Assembly: GCA_951406725.2 (NCBI GenBank)
Contig: OX597821.1
Coordinates: 118,841,487-118,905,486, forward strand
Origin: Octopus vulgaris
Taxonomy: Eukaryota
Direction of reading: 5' to 3'
Length of the DNA: 64,000 bases
Below, piece after piece: positions 34,180 through 49,610 of the stretch. A program made the position numbers and the translations under genes. The notes below the pieces were generated by a model. The model was not told where the DNA came from and did not search any database. It saw only the letters and a program-made list of their open reading frames with translations. Each line of letters opens with the position of its first letter. Position 1 is the first letter of the stretch.

Positions 34180-35158
34180 AGTAAGCAACAAGGATATCCA
34201 GAGATAATGCAGTACGATTGTTTCATGCAACTCCATTTAATTGAACAATACAATCATTACATCAATTTAAAATATAGAGCAATCTTCAGCTGCACAAATA
34301 CATAGGATTTAATTAAATTAAAACAGATTGACACATTAGTATAATTATACCTAAAATCTCCAAGAAGTTAAGGAGATACACAAAGAACATGTTGTCTCTA
34401 CTTCAGCATAGAAGTTAATAAAATTATCAAGAAATTTATGAATACTTATGAATACAAAAAGTATTCAACAATTTCTATCCTTTTGTTATAATATTCTACT
34501 TTGAAAAACCCTAAACTTCAACTGTATTCATAGCAACATTGTTTAAAATATTTAACTATAATATATGATAAGACCTTCCGTTTCATTGTCAATAGTCTGC
34601 CAGTGTGCGACCCCCTTAATTATCAGCTAACATCTTGTTTTAAGTTTTCCCTTACTAAACCTCATGGTATTGCTTATAATAATTCTTGATTTTTTATGAC
34701 TATACCAACTAGAATGTCTATCTACTCCCTCAGCCCTCCCCCTAACAGATACTGCCCTATGTTCTCTCAGCCTTAGATATACAAAGGATTTGTAAAATAG
34801 TCTATAAATTAAAACTGAACCCATAAAGACAAAAAAAAGTCAGTGGCAAGCTGAGTCTTCTTGATAATTTTAGTAACTGCTATGCTGAAGTAGAGACAAC
34901 ATGTTCTATTTAATATCTTGGAGATATTAAGTATAATTTTACAAATATGTCCATCTGTTGTAATTTAATTAAATCCTACGTCTTTTTGCAGCTGAAGATT
35001 GCTCTGTTCAATTAAATGGAGTTGCATGAAACGAACATAATGCATTATCTCTGGATATCATCGTTGCTTATTTTAATTTTAATCACCTTACTTTGAAATT
35101 GTATGGATGATACCGTACTAAATTCTGGAGCCTCAACTTAAGTACCATATTCATCTGA

Positions 35159-35160
<2 letters not shown>
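34177..35160. mobile_element. Intronic element with inverted hammerhead-bearing arms
   Basis: 34180-34430 is inverted relative to 34858-35075; flanked by (TA)n. Confidence 0.7.
34208..34294 (-). ncRNA. Type I hammerhead ribozyme in the C4 intron, same strand as the gene
   Basis: Stem I TGCAG/CTGCA; CTGAAGA; short stem II (T)TGC...GCA(T); GAA-AC aatc GT-A; GUA site. A decayed inverted copy lies at 34987-35044 (+). Confidence 0.68.
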
Positions 35161-35202
<42 letters not shown>

Positions 35203-36377
35203 AGTATATGTATATATATGTTGTGTGTATACGGGTAAGTATTTGGGGATATGACGTGGATTATTATGTAAGTTTGCATGGGGAAGTGTTTTTGCGTGGA
35301 TGTTAATAGAAGGAGAAAAAGAAAGGAATTCGGTAACGCATGTGCTCGTGTTTACCCGAAATGGAAAAGGTGTTCACGAGTGAACGGGGATATTTTTGGT
35401 GATGGAGTCGGCGACCGATAAAATATACGTATAGGATTTATAAAGAGCAGATTCAGAGCATTTTAAAGGAATGTGAGGTTGATTGGGGACGCAGTTTGTA
35501 GCAGCAGTTTTGAATTGGAAGTGTCGTAATTACCTTACAAAGATATACTGGATAATTAATGAGGTGATGTGGTGCATGAAAAGAGCAAGGTTTTAGCGAT
35601 AGGACGATTTCGGTGAGGCGGAGAAGAATAGAAGTGCATTCTGTACTCTGTTGTGTTCTCTCACTAATATTTAGTCTCTCTCTATTTTACTTAATGAATA
35701 AAGTCCTTAGCTTTTTCCATCAGTTACAGTATGTGGCTTGTCCAGTCCTCATTCTACATTGTGCTTTCATTTCATTAATCGTTTACAGTCACTGTCATCA
35801 ATTCTAATAGACTCTATTCAATTTAGTCCACACCTACGATCATTGGGCACTCTAGTTAATGATAGTCAAGTGGCCACTTTTCAGCTCTGGTCACTCACGT
35901 ACAATACCACCATCCGTAGCCAGTACAATTGATCACCAGTTAGCAGCCTCGGTATTTGATATCTACAATCCAAAGCTGGTCAGCCTGAAATTCTTGATCG
36001 CCATGGTGGTTTTCAGTCCAGCCCCTGTCTGTAATTTAACGTAGAGATATCTATATTCTGTGGTTAGACAACATCCTTTTCACTTGGTCCGTAGTAGACA
36101 ACATATAATATTCTGATTTGACCAAATACCTACAAAGGAGTAAGCAGTCTTGTGTAGTGTCTGTATAGTCTACAGGTATAGACGTTTGAAACGTGACATA
36201 TCATAAGAGGATTTGAGAATGTTTACGTCAGACAACCCGACAAAGGTGAGTGCGTGTGCGTGAGAGAGAGGGTGAGAGAGAAAGAGGGGCGACAAAAAGA
36301 GAGAATGAGAGGTATAAAAAGAGAACAAGAGAATGACAAAAAGAGAATGAGAGGTCAGAAATATAAAGTATACTAAC

Positions 36378-36452
36378 CGTCATATACAAGTTTTGAATAA
36401 GGAGGACAAGTTGTTCTGCCCCACCGGGTATACAATGATCCGAGACCGGGTT
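36378..36452 (-). CDS. Upstream 75-bp exon of the same C4-like gene (not in the ORF track)
   Basis: Minus strand reads tttcacAG|AACCCGGT...TATGACG|GTTAGT, with a canonical acceptor and donor in phase 1/1. It translates PGLGSLYTRWGRTTCPPYSKLVYD(G), the family's YxRWGRTTCP motif. Confidence 0.88.
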
Positions 36453-36782
36453 CTGTGAAATTAAAATGAAATAATGTAGTTTAAAAGAAAGAATTGGGGG
36501 ATCACCTACAGAGTAGGTTGTTGGATGGGAAGGAATTGATAGGGAAGAGACAAATAAAGAATTTAAGAAAGAACGAGTGAATGAATAAAAGTCAGAACGA
36601 AAGATGTAAATAATAAGAATAAATTGTAAAGAAAGAAAAAAGACATTTGTCTGTTGAGCCTGTTGGTGACGTTGATGTCAAAGATTTGAGAGATTAATCT
36701 CAGAATATCAGAATGTGCATCGGTCTCCGCTATGAACGGATGTATGTATGATACGTAAACTTGGGTATGGGTATATATACTT

Positions 36783-36846
36783 CTCAATAGAATAATGATA
36801 AAACTCAATAGAATAATGATAAAACTCAATAGTATAATGATAAAAT
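36783..36846. repeat. 21-bp minisatellite x3
   Basis: CTCAATAGAATAATGATAAAA repeated three times. Confidence 0.85.
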
Positions 36847-37099
36847 ATTCGCCAGGTGCGAATATTCATCGGTCAATTACAAATATCAGTTTGGAGCTCG
36901 GCGCAAATAAGGCCATCATAACTACAATATGAAAATAACAACCATACCGCATCATTTGTCGATTTAGTTAAAAGACATCGCATCCGGATCTCGAGTAGAG
37001 GAGTCCGTTCGATAAATGTATAGCACAACCCACCCAATGCCAGTGCAACCAGCAAGAAGCCTGCAAATTAATCTGGGGTGCAAAGGGTGGGAGCACAAA

Positions 37100-37910
37100 A
37101 TGACGGTCTCAGGAAACCGAAGCAGATCAAGAAGGGAACAACCTTTAATAATTGAGAATTAAAACGTCAAAATTGTTAGATATAATCTGCCTGTAAGATA
37201 TAATCGGTGTCTCCTCTACAAAATTTCGTTTCTCCGATAGCGTACACTTGGATATAGGCTTGAAACTCCACTACGCAACTGTGGTGCCAACAATGTCTGC
37301 ACAGGTGGGATTAGGATACTCTCAATCCCCAGCTTTCGGATTGTATTATGGAGTGAAACCTACTAGGTGTGAGGGTTCACCTCTTGAAGCTAAGGCTGAA
37401 TATGAAGGACCACTGTGGCTGCTGTAAGTATATGCAGCAAACAGCGGGGTCAAATACAAATCCTTCCTAAGCAAATTCACCTCAGCTTTAGATATATTTG
37501 GGGTAAAGTCATTTGTCCTGCCAGGAGACTTCAGTGCACACCTTGGCACTGATAACCGTGAGAAGGATTGATTGGAAGGAATGTCGTCAGTGAACTTAAT
37601 GGAGAGGTCATAGCAGCCTTCTGTGCAGGATACACACTCTCCTCTCTATGGTATAGATATTATTTTAAGACAGGGATATTTATAAAGGTACCTGGTATAG
37701 AAATACTTGGTGACAGAGGTTTTTGATAGATTTCGGTCTTCTTTCACTCTTTGCTGAAAGTTCATGTAAAAGGAGGGGTGGAGTTGTCAACTCGGCACTA
37801 CCTAAATGTCTAAAATCCTGAAAATTCTGCCAAACACTGGAAATTGGTAAGTCCAGTGCGACCTACAGAATACAGCTGGAAGCCGCAGTGGATGCTGGGA
37901 TCAGAAACAA
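37100..37910 (+). mobile_element. RTE-like LINE endonuclease remnant
   Basis: Frameshifted VYAANS...FVLPGDFSAHLGTDN...FCAG...YKGTWY...LIDF motifs. Confidence 0.65.
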
Positions 37911-40320
37911 AAATGCGGAAACCTAAATTAACTAAACAGAAATAACTAGCGACTTAAGCCTTGATGTACGTCAAGTAATAAACCTTTTGGTAAATGTATT
38001 ATCGTCTCTAGTAGTTTGAGTGTGCATAGCTTAACAAATAGAAAGGTGGGAGAGATCCTGTGAGTCACCACAGGAGTAACCAGACCTCACGCACCTGGGT
38101 TTTATCTGTAGGGCCATTTGAAATCAGTTGTTTGTCAGAAGTTTCGTAGAAATATGGAGAAACTTAAAGAAGGAATTGAAAATGAATGCAGTAAAAAAGA
38201 AAGGAACCCCTCCGCCTTGTTTATGAATGCTGCACGTACAGAATGGAAATGTGCTATGAAACGAAATAGAAGCAATTTGAACTGCACATATAACAATTAA
38301 ATAAGTTACAGATAAAATCTCAGTGTGTAGCGATACGTTTAATAATTTATCCCTTAAGTCCACGGCATTTGCTTCGGCCTCTATATACGTACATACATAT
38401 ATACATTCACATAAATCTACTCATTAACTCACGCACACTCACGCAAACACACAAGATATAAGAAATATTCAGTTGAATCAGGTCTGAAATTGAGGCACCT
38501 CGTTAGGTCGGAATAATATACAGACACAAAAATATATTGTAAATATCGAACGTTGGTGTGCAAGAAGACAGTAAATAAGGAATACTATAGGGTGTACCCA
38601 GAGATATGCGTGGGTCAAGAATGGATCGAGAGGGATCAGATATATGCTAGAAGAGAAGGAGACCCCGCCTGTTGTAGGGGAAGAGTAGCAACTGTAACCA
38701 ACAATTATTAAGGGTCCATGTAGATTTCACTTCCCCTAATATCTGCCCTTAAGTTGTGCCTTTTGAACCAACGGTGTGCCCTTAGGCACATGATAAGTAT
38801 ATTGGCAAACGACTCTGAAACGTGGGTAGAGGCTGGTTGCTCATGCTTGGACCACAATGGCTGCCGAGTGGGTGGGGAGGGCAACATGAGGCTGACAGAG
38901 TCGTGTATGAGGCTGTGGTGGTACCCGGCCCTAACACCCTGAGTAATAGCAGCAACAGCTCATCCAACAACATCAGCGACAGAAATAGCAAGGGCGAGCG
39001 CGACATCGGGAGCAACGCATTAGGTGGCAGAAACCCCAACACCGACATCTACGACTGTAGCACCAACACCAGCACTACGGCCCGAGATGGTGACCTCAAC
39101 AGCACCGGCAGAACAACCGGCCCCATGCTCAGAATTAATTGCCTTGACACCACCGACAACAGCAGCAGTAGCAGCGGTTTCGACCCCAGACCGGGCGTTG
39201 TGTGTGTTTATTGAGCGAAAATACCTAAAGCTCCACGAGGCTCCGGCAGGGGGTGGTGGCGACCCCTGTTGTATTCTTTCGCCCCAACTTTCTCACACTC
39301 TTTCTTCCTGTTTCTTTTCCCCGACTTCCTACGCAACCGCTGAGCCTGGATGCGCAGTCATCCATCCGTCGATGCTCTCGGTGTCGGGGGTTGACCTGTT
39401 TTCTCTCCTGCGGGTCTTACGAATAGCAAGGGACCACATTTCGGACTTCTCCCACTAATGGGACGAAGAACGCTTAGCTCAACAAACAAAGAAACAAACA
39501 TCAACGGCAATAACAGTTTTACTGGACCCACTCACTGAAATATAAAAACACCGGTGCTGGCTCCAACGACATCAGCGGCAACACAACCAACTTGACGCAC
39601 GGGGTCAACAGAAGATGCACCAGAGAACACAACCAGCACTTGGGTTCGGAAATACATTGGCTCGACCGGAACTGCCTTTAAGCAACGCCTGAACAACCAT
39701 AGGTCCTCTTTTAGAGTTCCTGAAAGACGTAACTTCATCATCATCATGACGTGGTTCTTTAAGGATGAAGGAAACCCATACGAAATAAAATGGAGGATCA
39801 TAGAAAGTCCGTGGTCCAATATAAGCGGGAGCGGACGGTGCAAGATTTGCATGGCAGATCGTCAAGAATCTTTTTATTAAATTCAAGGCACGAGATACGA
39901 AGTCCCTGCTGCCATTTCAAGCGCTCCCTGCACAGGCGTTCGTCCATAAGGGTTGTATAGAATAATTTCAGACCGGAAGCAGCCTACAGGTGGAGATGCC
40001 CGTTTCATCTTCCAAGTCCACAAGATTTGCTCACTGTACAGGCCTAAGGGAGATGACCTGTCTCGTCACGTCTCAGACAGTGTAGAATATATTTTCGTTT
40101 ACAAATTAAATGACCGTAACGGTTTTCTTACCTCCAGGTCAAAGAGAGAGTATATGCCAGTACGCATTGCAGTCTGACGAGCCATCGGTAAAGCCAAGCG
40201 CTTTGCAGATGCTAAACCATTGGCTCTCGTACGACCGGACAAATATATAACTTCTTATATATGCATTACTGCACTTATTTTAATAGTGTGCTGCATTTCT
40301 CGGTTTATGATTCACTGACG

Positions 40321-40375
<55 letters not shown>

Positions 40376-41476
40376 ACTTATAAATAAGGGCAAACGAAAA
40401 AATTTCTAATGCTAAATATACCGAAAATTGGACATATTGTCCATTTACCATAATTTTTTTCCCAGTACGCACGCTACTCGAAAAAAGGTCGACAGAAATC
40501 TCTAAAAAAATTCCATTATTACCATTCAGGACGGAAAAAACGGAGAAACGTTACACAAATACAAATAAAAGGACATAACGTCAGGTGTCTTACGACTAAG
40601 GACGAATTAAATTAAGCTGGCGTGTGTGGAAGTAATGCCTTATGGCAGGGACATAAGATTTGACAGGCTCAGGGAGGAATATAGATCTTGCACGAATGGT
40701 AGTCGAACGAAGAAAGGAAGGATAGGCTTAGCCAAACACAGGTCACGTGAAGAGAGAAGAGAACGAGGTAGATGCAGAGGGATAGAAGGATTAAGGAGGG
40801 GCGAGAAAAAATGAAAGGGATAGAGTGAAGTGAAAGAGGAGGGAAGGTGAGCTTGAAGAGAAAGCCAGGGAATGTGAGAGAGGGAAAACGAAAGAACGAA
40901 GAGTGTAATGAACGAAACAACTGTGAAAGTGCTGCTTCACTTCACTTCACTCTATACCTTTCATTTTTTCTCGCCCCTCCTTAATTCTTCTATCCCTCTG
41001 CCTCTACATCTCTCTCTTCTCTCCCCACGTGACCGGTGTTTGGCCAAGCCTATCCTTTCTTTCTTGGTTCGACTACCATCCGTGCAAGATCTATATTCCT
41101 CCCTGTGCCTTTCAAATCTTATGTCCCTGCCATGTGGCTTTACTTCCACACACGCCAGCTTAATTTAATTCGTCCTTAGTCGAAAGACACCTGTTGTTAT
41201 GCCCTGTTATTTGTATTTGTGTAACGTTTCTCCGTTTTTTCCGTCCTTGTTTTCGTATAGTGCTCTTAGCTTAGTTTTTTATTGGGAGTAGCCAGATTGG
41301 AGCAATCTCGAGTATAACCAGCCGAAATTGCAAAGATAATCTGGAACTCGACTGAGGACAGAAAACTCCGAATGACCCGTCCTTGTTTTCTTCGTATCGT
41401 CTGTCTGGATGTTTTGCGTTCTTGTCCCATTTTTGTATTTTTTATATAGAAAATTATAGCGGCGTACGTACACTTT

Positions 41477-41533
<57 letters not shown>

Positions 41534-42789
41534 GGTAAATGAATGACGGAATATGGTGTATGCGAGGTTCTTTATTAATCTCCACAATTCTTTCGACACA
41601 TGTAGCACCGATCCCTCACGAAAAGGAATACTTAACAATTGGTCTAGAAGCATCCGAGAATGCAGATGTGTCTCTTCAGGTGAAAAATAGACATAACTCG
41701 TCAAAATAACAGATCCGCAATCTGTCTTCTCACTTCGTGTAAAGACAAGCAGCGAATTAAAGGATATATCTTCATTTATGTAGAAGATCAATAATGAAAT
41801 AGCACAAGAGAAACGGACACGCAATACAGCGCGAAAAGTGTATAGATATGTACTGCCATAGATCTTTGGAAACTGCATCTCGGAGAAAAAAATTGTTTCT
41901 CTTTTGGACCCCAAACCCGAAACTTTTGGGAAGACTGCTGCTTGATTACATCGACCCCTGTGCTCAACTGGATCTAACGAAAGACAAAGCTGAGCACGAA
42001 ATGAAAAAAGCCAGAAAGAAGCTATAAGTAGCAGTAAGTAAATATCGGTTTGGATATAAGTTGATGGCTCTCCTTGGACTCGATCTCACATCTTCTGTTT
42101 AACATGACGACGAACTTTCTACCACTGGACCAGAGTAATCCGCTGCATTGCCTATCTACAAGAGATGTGGGATCGAATTACACAGGCAGCTTGAAACTTT
42201 TCTATCCATAAGGGTTTTCCAACCCAATATATACATGCTATAATTTATAGTTGTATTTGCGCTTCGAGATCCACTATTGCACAAAAATACACTCTTCCAG
42301 AAAACAATAAACACTTGTTCTACCAAAGTTTATAAATATTTATGATATCACAACACACACACACATGCACATGTATACTCTTTTACTCTTTTACTTGTTT
42401 CAGTCATTTGACTGCGGCAATGCTGGAGCAACGCCTTTAATCGAGCAACTCGACCCCGGGACTTATTCTTTTGTAAGCTCAGTACTTATTCTATCGGTTT
42501 CTTTTGCCGAACCGATAAGTAACGGGGACATAAACACATCGGCATCGGTTGTCAAGCAATGCTAGGGGGAGAAACACAGACATACAAAACACACACACAC
42601 ACACACACACATATATACACATATATACGACGGGCTTCTTTCAGTTTCCGTCTACCAAATCCACTCGAAAGGCTTTGGTCGGCCCGAGGCTATAGTAGAA
42701 GACACCTTCCCAAGGTGCCGCGCAGCGGACTGAACCCAGAACCATGTGGTTGGTAAACAAGCTACTTACCACACAGCCACTCCTGCGCC

Positions 42790-42824
<35 letters not shown>

Positions 42825-44365
42825 GTGTGTACGTACACACACACATATATATATATATTTATATATATACATACATACATTTATATATATATATATATAT
42901 ATGTATATAGATATATATATATATATATATATATACAAAATGGGACAAGAACACAAAACATCTAGACGGTTATGTGTTTCAAGAAAGGGACAACAAAACA
43001 GACGATACAAAGAAAACAAGGACAAGTCATTCGCAGTTTACTTTCTCAGTCGAGTTCCAGATTATCTTTGCAATTTCGGCTGGTTATACACGAGATTGCT
43101 CCAATATGGCCAGCCCCAAGGAAAAACAAAGCATTAGATTCCTTGGAAGAAAGTAGGGTATGTATACGAAAACAAGGACGGAAAAAACTGAGAATGTTAC
43201 ACAAATACAAAAAGCAGGACATAACATCAAGTGTCTTACGACTAAAGGACGAATTAAATTAAGCTGGCGTGTGTAGAAGTAAAGCCATATGGCAGGGGTA
43301 CAAGATTTCACGGGCACAGGGCGGAATATACATACACCCATTGTATATAAAGAAAGGTTTCTATATGCATATGTGTATGACCATCATGTTGAAGTGCATT
43401 TCTCTACGGCCTGAAGTCAACTTTGGATCTCTACTGTCCGCCAAATATTTCACCCAGAATACCCAACGATGCCGTCACCCATCTCTCACAATCTACCCTT
43501 CTTCGCTTCTGCCCCATCTTTAAACCTTTATATGACCGGTTACATTTCGTCAAATGTACCTTGTACACCCACTCCTTCCAATCTCCAATCTCTCTATCTG
43601 CGCTTCTTAACCTCATTTTTCTCTCTTTCCCACGATATTCTTCCTGCTTTTCCTCCTATGCATCGAGTCTCCGCCATGACAAAAGCTCCTACGTCACACT
43701 GACCCAGGAGACGTATGTACATATCGGAGATGGGCTATTTGTGTGACTTTCAGATCAAATCTCTCAAGTAAATCATCTCAATGACAGGATGGGCGTTTGT
43801 TGCACTGTCCTTAAGATTAACAACAAAATAAATCTGATTGGGGATAAGATTACTGAGCAAATATTTGTATCTATCAGTTTACAATGATCATGATCATCAT
43901 CATCATAATCATCATGATCATCATCATCATCGTTGGTGTGACTGTCGGATAAGAAGTTCGCTTCCCAATCACATTGTTACGGTTTCAGTCCTACAGTGTG
44001 GCACATTGGGCAAGAATGTTCTACTGGACAATTTATGCGACCAAAGCCTTGAGAGTAGATTTGATGGACGGAAACTAAAAGAAGCCTGTCGTTGCATATA
44101 CAAATGTATAACTATATATAGGATTTTAGAATAGGCGTCTGACCCTCACGAGATTTACATTCGACGTTGCTGTGTTTCTGTCCTCAGAACTTAAGGGTCG
44201 GCCAAAAGTGACCGTTAGAATATGTAGGAGGCTTTAAGAAACTAAATACTGTGGTCGATCAAACCTTCTGAAGATTCCTGATGACAGTGCCCCAGCATGG
44301 TCTCCACCTATTGAATGAAACAAATAAGAGATAAATGATACTTTTATATACACATATATGCACAC

Positions 44366-44426
<61 letters not shown>

Positions 44427-44474
44427 ATATATTTATCAATATATATACCAATATATATTTATCAATACATATAC

Positions 44475-44510
<36 letters not shown>

Positions 44511-44882
44511 ATAGAGAGAGAGAGAGAGCAATAAGAAAATGGAGGGGATCAATGGGTGGTTCATGAACATTTAAACATTATATTAAGTGAATTTATTTAT
44601 TTATTTACTAAAATAGCAATTACTAGAATATAGATACATGTATAACATATTATGCTTTACATATAAAATATATAAAGATACCAGTACCCTCACCCATTTA
44701 GTACACTCGGTAACGTAATTGCAATGCAATAAAAAACACTTGTGTATTAATAGTTGGGTATTCTACCAGCAGTATATTGGATAGATATTATCCCTCAGTG
44801 GGTTAGATTCACAAGCTCTAACTTTCTTGGAATATATAAAAATGTGTGTTTGTGTGTGTGTGTGTATGTACATGTATATATG

Positions 44883-44965
<83 letters not shown>

Positions 44966-45040
44966 AGGTATGTAGAGTTATACGTATGTGCATGTGTGTG
45001 TATGTGTGCATATATGTAGATAGGTGTATATATGTGTATG

Positions 45041-45071
<31 letters not shown>

Positions 45072-45090
45072 ATATATGTGTGTATGTATG

Positions 45091-45124
<34 letters not shown>

Positions 45125-45437
45125 TGTGTGTATGTTTATATGAATGTTCCCGTTTGTATAAAGGGTAACTGCATGTATATATACTTATTATTTATTACTT
45201 ATTACTTATTATATTTTACTTGAGTATGCGTTGGTATGCATGTATGTATTTATGTATATAAGGTGGCGCATGAGTGTATGTATGTTTATGCACCTCTATA
45301 GAAATATGTATACATTTATGCACGTACGTACTTGTGTGTATATACGTGTATATATATATGTATATATATATATATATATATAAGTGTGTATGTGTATGTG
45401 TGTGTGTATGAGTATGTATGTATGTATACGCACATGT

Positions 45438-45475
<38 letters not shown>

Positions 45476-45549
45476 ATGTATGTATATATATGTGTGTGTG
45501 TGAGTATGTGTGTGTATGTGTATGTATATATGTAGATATGTGTGTATGT

Positions 45550-45585
<36 letters not shown>

Positions 45586-45671
45586 GTAGGTCCCGGGTTG
45601 ATTCGGGGTTAACCACAGTAAATAAGGTACTCAATACATAGCAGAGTAAAATTAATTTAGTATATAGAAGG

Positions 45672-45722
45672 AGCTTCTACAGGACTAGAACTGTTTCATT
45701 CAAGAGAAATCTTCAGGAAGCT
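45672..45722 (-). ncRNA. Type I hammerhead ribozyme, inverted copy of 50789-50839
   Basis: The reverse complement is identical by eye to the 50789-50839 motif. Confidence 0.78.
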
Positions 45723-46096
45723 AGTTAACAAGAATTGTGTTGGCATTTATACATTTAGGCAGGTTTAAAGGGGTGGTGGTGGGGGACTTTTTTGGGGGTA
45801 GGCATAGCGCAAAATATCATACTTGGGGGAGTGGTCAAGGAGTCAGTGGTAAATTAGATAAAAGAATAAATAAAAGAATAAAAAAATAAAAAAATAAAAA
45901 AATATATATATAAAAAAGAATACAGTTTTAGGTAAATAAGGAGATTCTCACTTATGCCTATACACATATGTATACATATATACACACACACACACATATA
46001 TATACATACACACATACATACACACAGACATATACATATATATACACATACACATACATACACATATCTACACATACACATATATATATATATATA

Positions 46097-46130
<34 letters not shown>

Positions 46131-46751
46131 CACACACACACATGCATACACATATACACACACGACCACACATACATATACACACAGAAAAATATATATA
46201 CATACACACACATACACATACACGCATACACACACATATCCACATACACACATGCACACACAACACCACACACAAGTCCCTATATACACATATATACACA
46301 TACTCACATATATACGTATATATACATACATATATATATACATATGTGTACCTATACATACCTACACATACACACATATATATACATACAAAAACAGACC
46401 CATTCCCTAATTTTAATTTTATTATCTTCATTTATTACTTTTGTTATCTTTGACCGCTGGTCACAAGCATCTTGGCTATGACAACAAGTCCATTAATCGT
46501 TCTACTTGAAAACAAGCACTCATTCACGCACGCACACTCATTCGCACGCACACTCACTCATTCGTACACTCATACACATACACGCACGCACGCGTTATAT
46601 TCATACATACATACATCTACATACATTCACGTATATACACATACGTACGCGTACCTACAGATTCATGTCTACACTCTTAGAAGTCTAGTCTATACATATA
46701 CACCAATAAGTATATATACACACATACATATACACATACATACAAATACAT

Positions 46752-46828
<77 letters not shown>

Positions 46829-47013
46829 TATATATTCATATACATACATACATATACACACATACACATACATACGTATACATACATACATACATCCATA
46901 CATCCATACATACATACATATATACACATACACACACCCACACGTATACATATACATACATATATATACGCGCATGCATACACATACAAATACATACACA
47001 TACACATATACAT

Positions 47014-47066
<53 letters not shown>

Positions 47067-47458
47067 CATACACATACATACATATACATACATACATATA
47101 CAAATATACGCACACACATACATACACATATACACATACACGCACATACACATGTACACGCGTACCCATACACACACACACACGCGCGCATCCATATATA
47201 CACATAAGTACACACATGCGTAAAAGTATACATATATCTATGCTTACACATACACACGCACACCCGCGCCTCCTTATATTCATACTTACATGCATACTCA
47301 AAAAATAAATAATAAAATATATATACGCGCAGTTATTCATACATGCATACTCAAAAAATAAATAATAAATATTAAGTATATGTACGTGCAGTTACCTATT
47401 ATACAGACGGATACATACATATAAACTTACACACACATATATATATATATATATATAC

Positions 47459-47505
<47 letters not shown>

Positions 47506-47658
47506 CCTACACTCATGTACATATACTTACACACATAGATAACTCTACGTACCTACATATACATAAACACACGAGCGTACACGTATATGTACATATACAT
47601 ATACACATACACACACATATATATATACATACATACATATACATACACACATATATAT

Positions 47659-47735
<77 letters not shown>

Positions 47736-48187
47736 TATACATGTGTGCAAACATACATACATACTCATACACGCACACACACTTACATATACATATATAC
47801 ACACACATTTACACATTTATACATACATATATACATACATACATACATATATGTATACATACACATATTCACACATACACATATATACATATATACACAT
47901 ACATATACATTTACACATACATACATATGTGTATACATACACATATTCACACATACACATATATACATATATACACATACATATACATTTACACATACAT
48001 GTATATATATATATATGTATATGTGTGTGTGTATGTATATGTGTGTATGTATATGTATGTATGTATATATATGTGTGTGTATGTGTATGTGTATATGTAC
48101 ATATACGTGTACGCTCGTGTGTTTATGTATATGTAGGTACGTAGAGTTATCTTTGTGTGTATGTATATGTACATGAGTGTAGGTATG

Positions 48188-48220
<33 letters not shown>

Positions 48221-48234
48221 ATATGTATGTATGT

Positions 48235-48272
<38 letters not shown>

Positions 48273-48629
48273 AAGTTTATATGTATGTATCCGTCTGTAT
48301 AATAGGTAACTGCACGTACTTATACTTAATATTTATTATTTCTTTTTTTAGTATGCATGTATGAATAACTGCGCGTATATATATTTTATTATTTATTTTT
48401 TGAGTATGCATGTAAGTATGAATATAAGGAGGCGCGGGTGTGTGTGTGTATGTGTAAGCATAGATATATGTATACTTTTACGTATGTGTGTACTTATGTG
48501 TATATATGGATGCGCGTGTGTGTGTGTATGGGTACGCATGTACATGTGTATGTGCGTGTATGTGTATATGTGTATTTATGTGTGTGTGTGTATATTTGTA
48601 TATGTATGTATATGTATGTATGTATGTGT

Positions 48630-48660
<31 letters not shown>

Positions 48661-48856
48661 TATGTATGTATATGTATATGTGTATGTGTATGTATTTGTA
48701 TGTGTATGCATGCGCGTATATATATATGTATGTATATGTATACGTGTGGGTGTGTGTATGTGTATATATGTATGTATATATGGATGTATGGATGTATGTA
48801 TGTATGTATACGTATGTATGTGTATGTGTGTATATGTATGTATGTATATGGATATA

Positions 48857-48919
<63 letters not shown>

Positions 48920-49556
48920 GTATGTATTTGTATGTAGGTGTATATGTATGTGTGTATATATACTTATTGGTGTATATGTATAGACTAGCCTTCTAAGAGT
49001 GTAGACATGGATCTGTAGGTACGCGTACGTATGTGTATATACGTGAATGTATGTAGATGTATATATGTATGAATATAACGCGTGCGTGCTTGTATGTGTA
49101 TGAGTGTACGAATGAGTGAGTGTGCGTGCGAATGAGTGTGCGTGCGTGAATGAGTGCTTGTTTTCAAGTAGAAAGATTAATGGACTTGCTGTTATAGCCA
49201 AGATGCTTGTGACCAGCGGTCAAAGATAACAAAAGTAATAAATGAAGATAATAAAATTAAAATTAGGGAATGGGTCTGTTTTTGTATGTATATATATGTG
49301 TGTATGTGTAGGTATGTATAGGTACACATGTGTATATATGTATGTATATATATGTATATATGTGTGTATGTGTATATATGTGTATATAAGGACCTGTGTG
49401 TGGTGTTGTGTGTGCATGTGTGTATGTGGATATGTGTGTGTATGCGTGTATGTGTATGTGTGTGTATGTATATATATTTTTCTGTGTGTATATGTATGTG
49501 TGGTCGTGTGTGTATAAATACACATGTGTGTATATGTGTATGCATGTGTGTGTATT

Positions 49557-49608
<52 letters not shown>

Positions 49609-49610
<2 letters not shown>

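Noticed and set aside
36873-37060. Signal-peptide-like FLLVALALGGLC after an AG as a possible C4 exon
   Set aside because: No convincing donor, and it abuts the opposite-strand LINE remnant; unsupported without transcripts.
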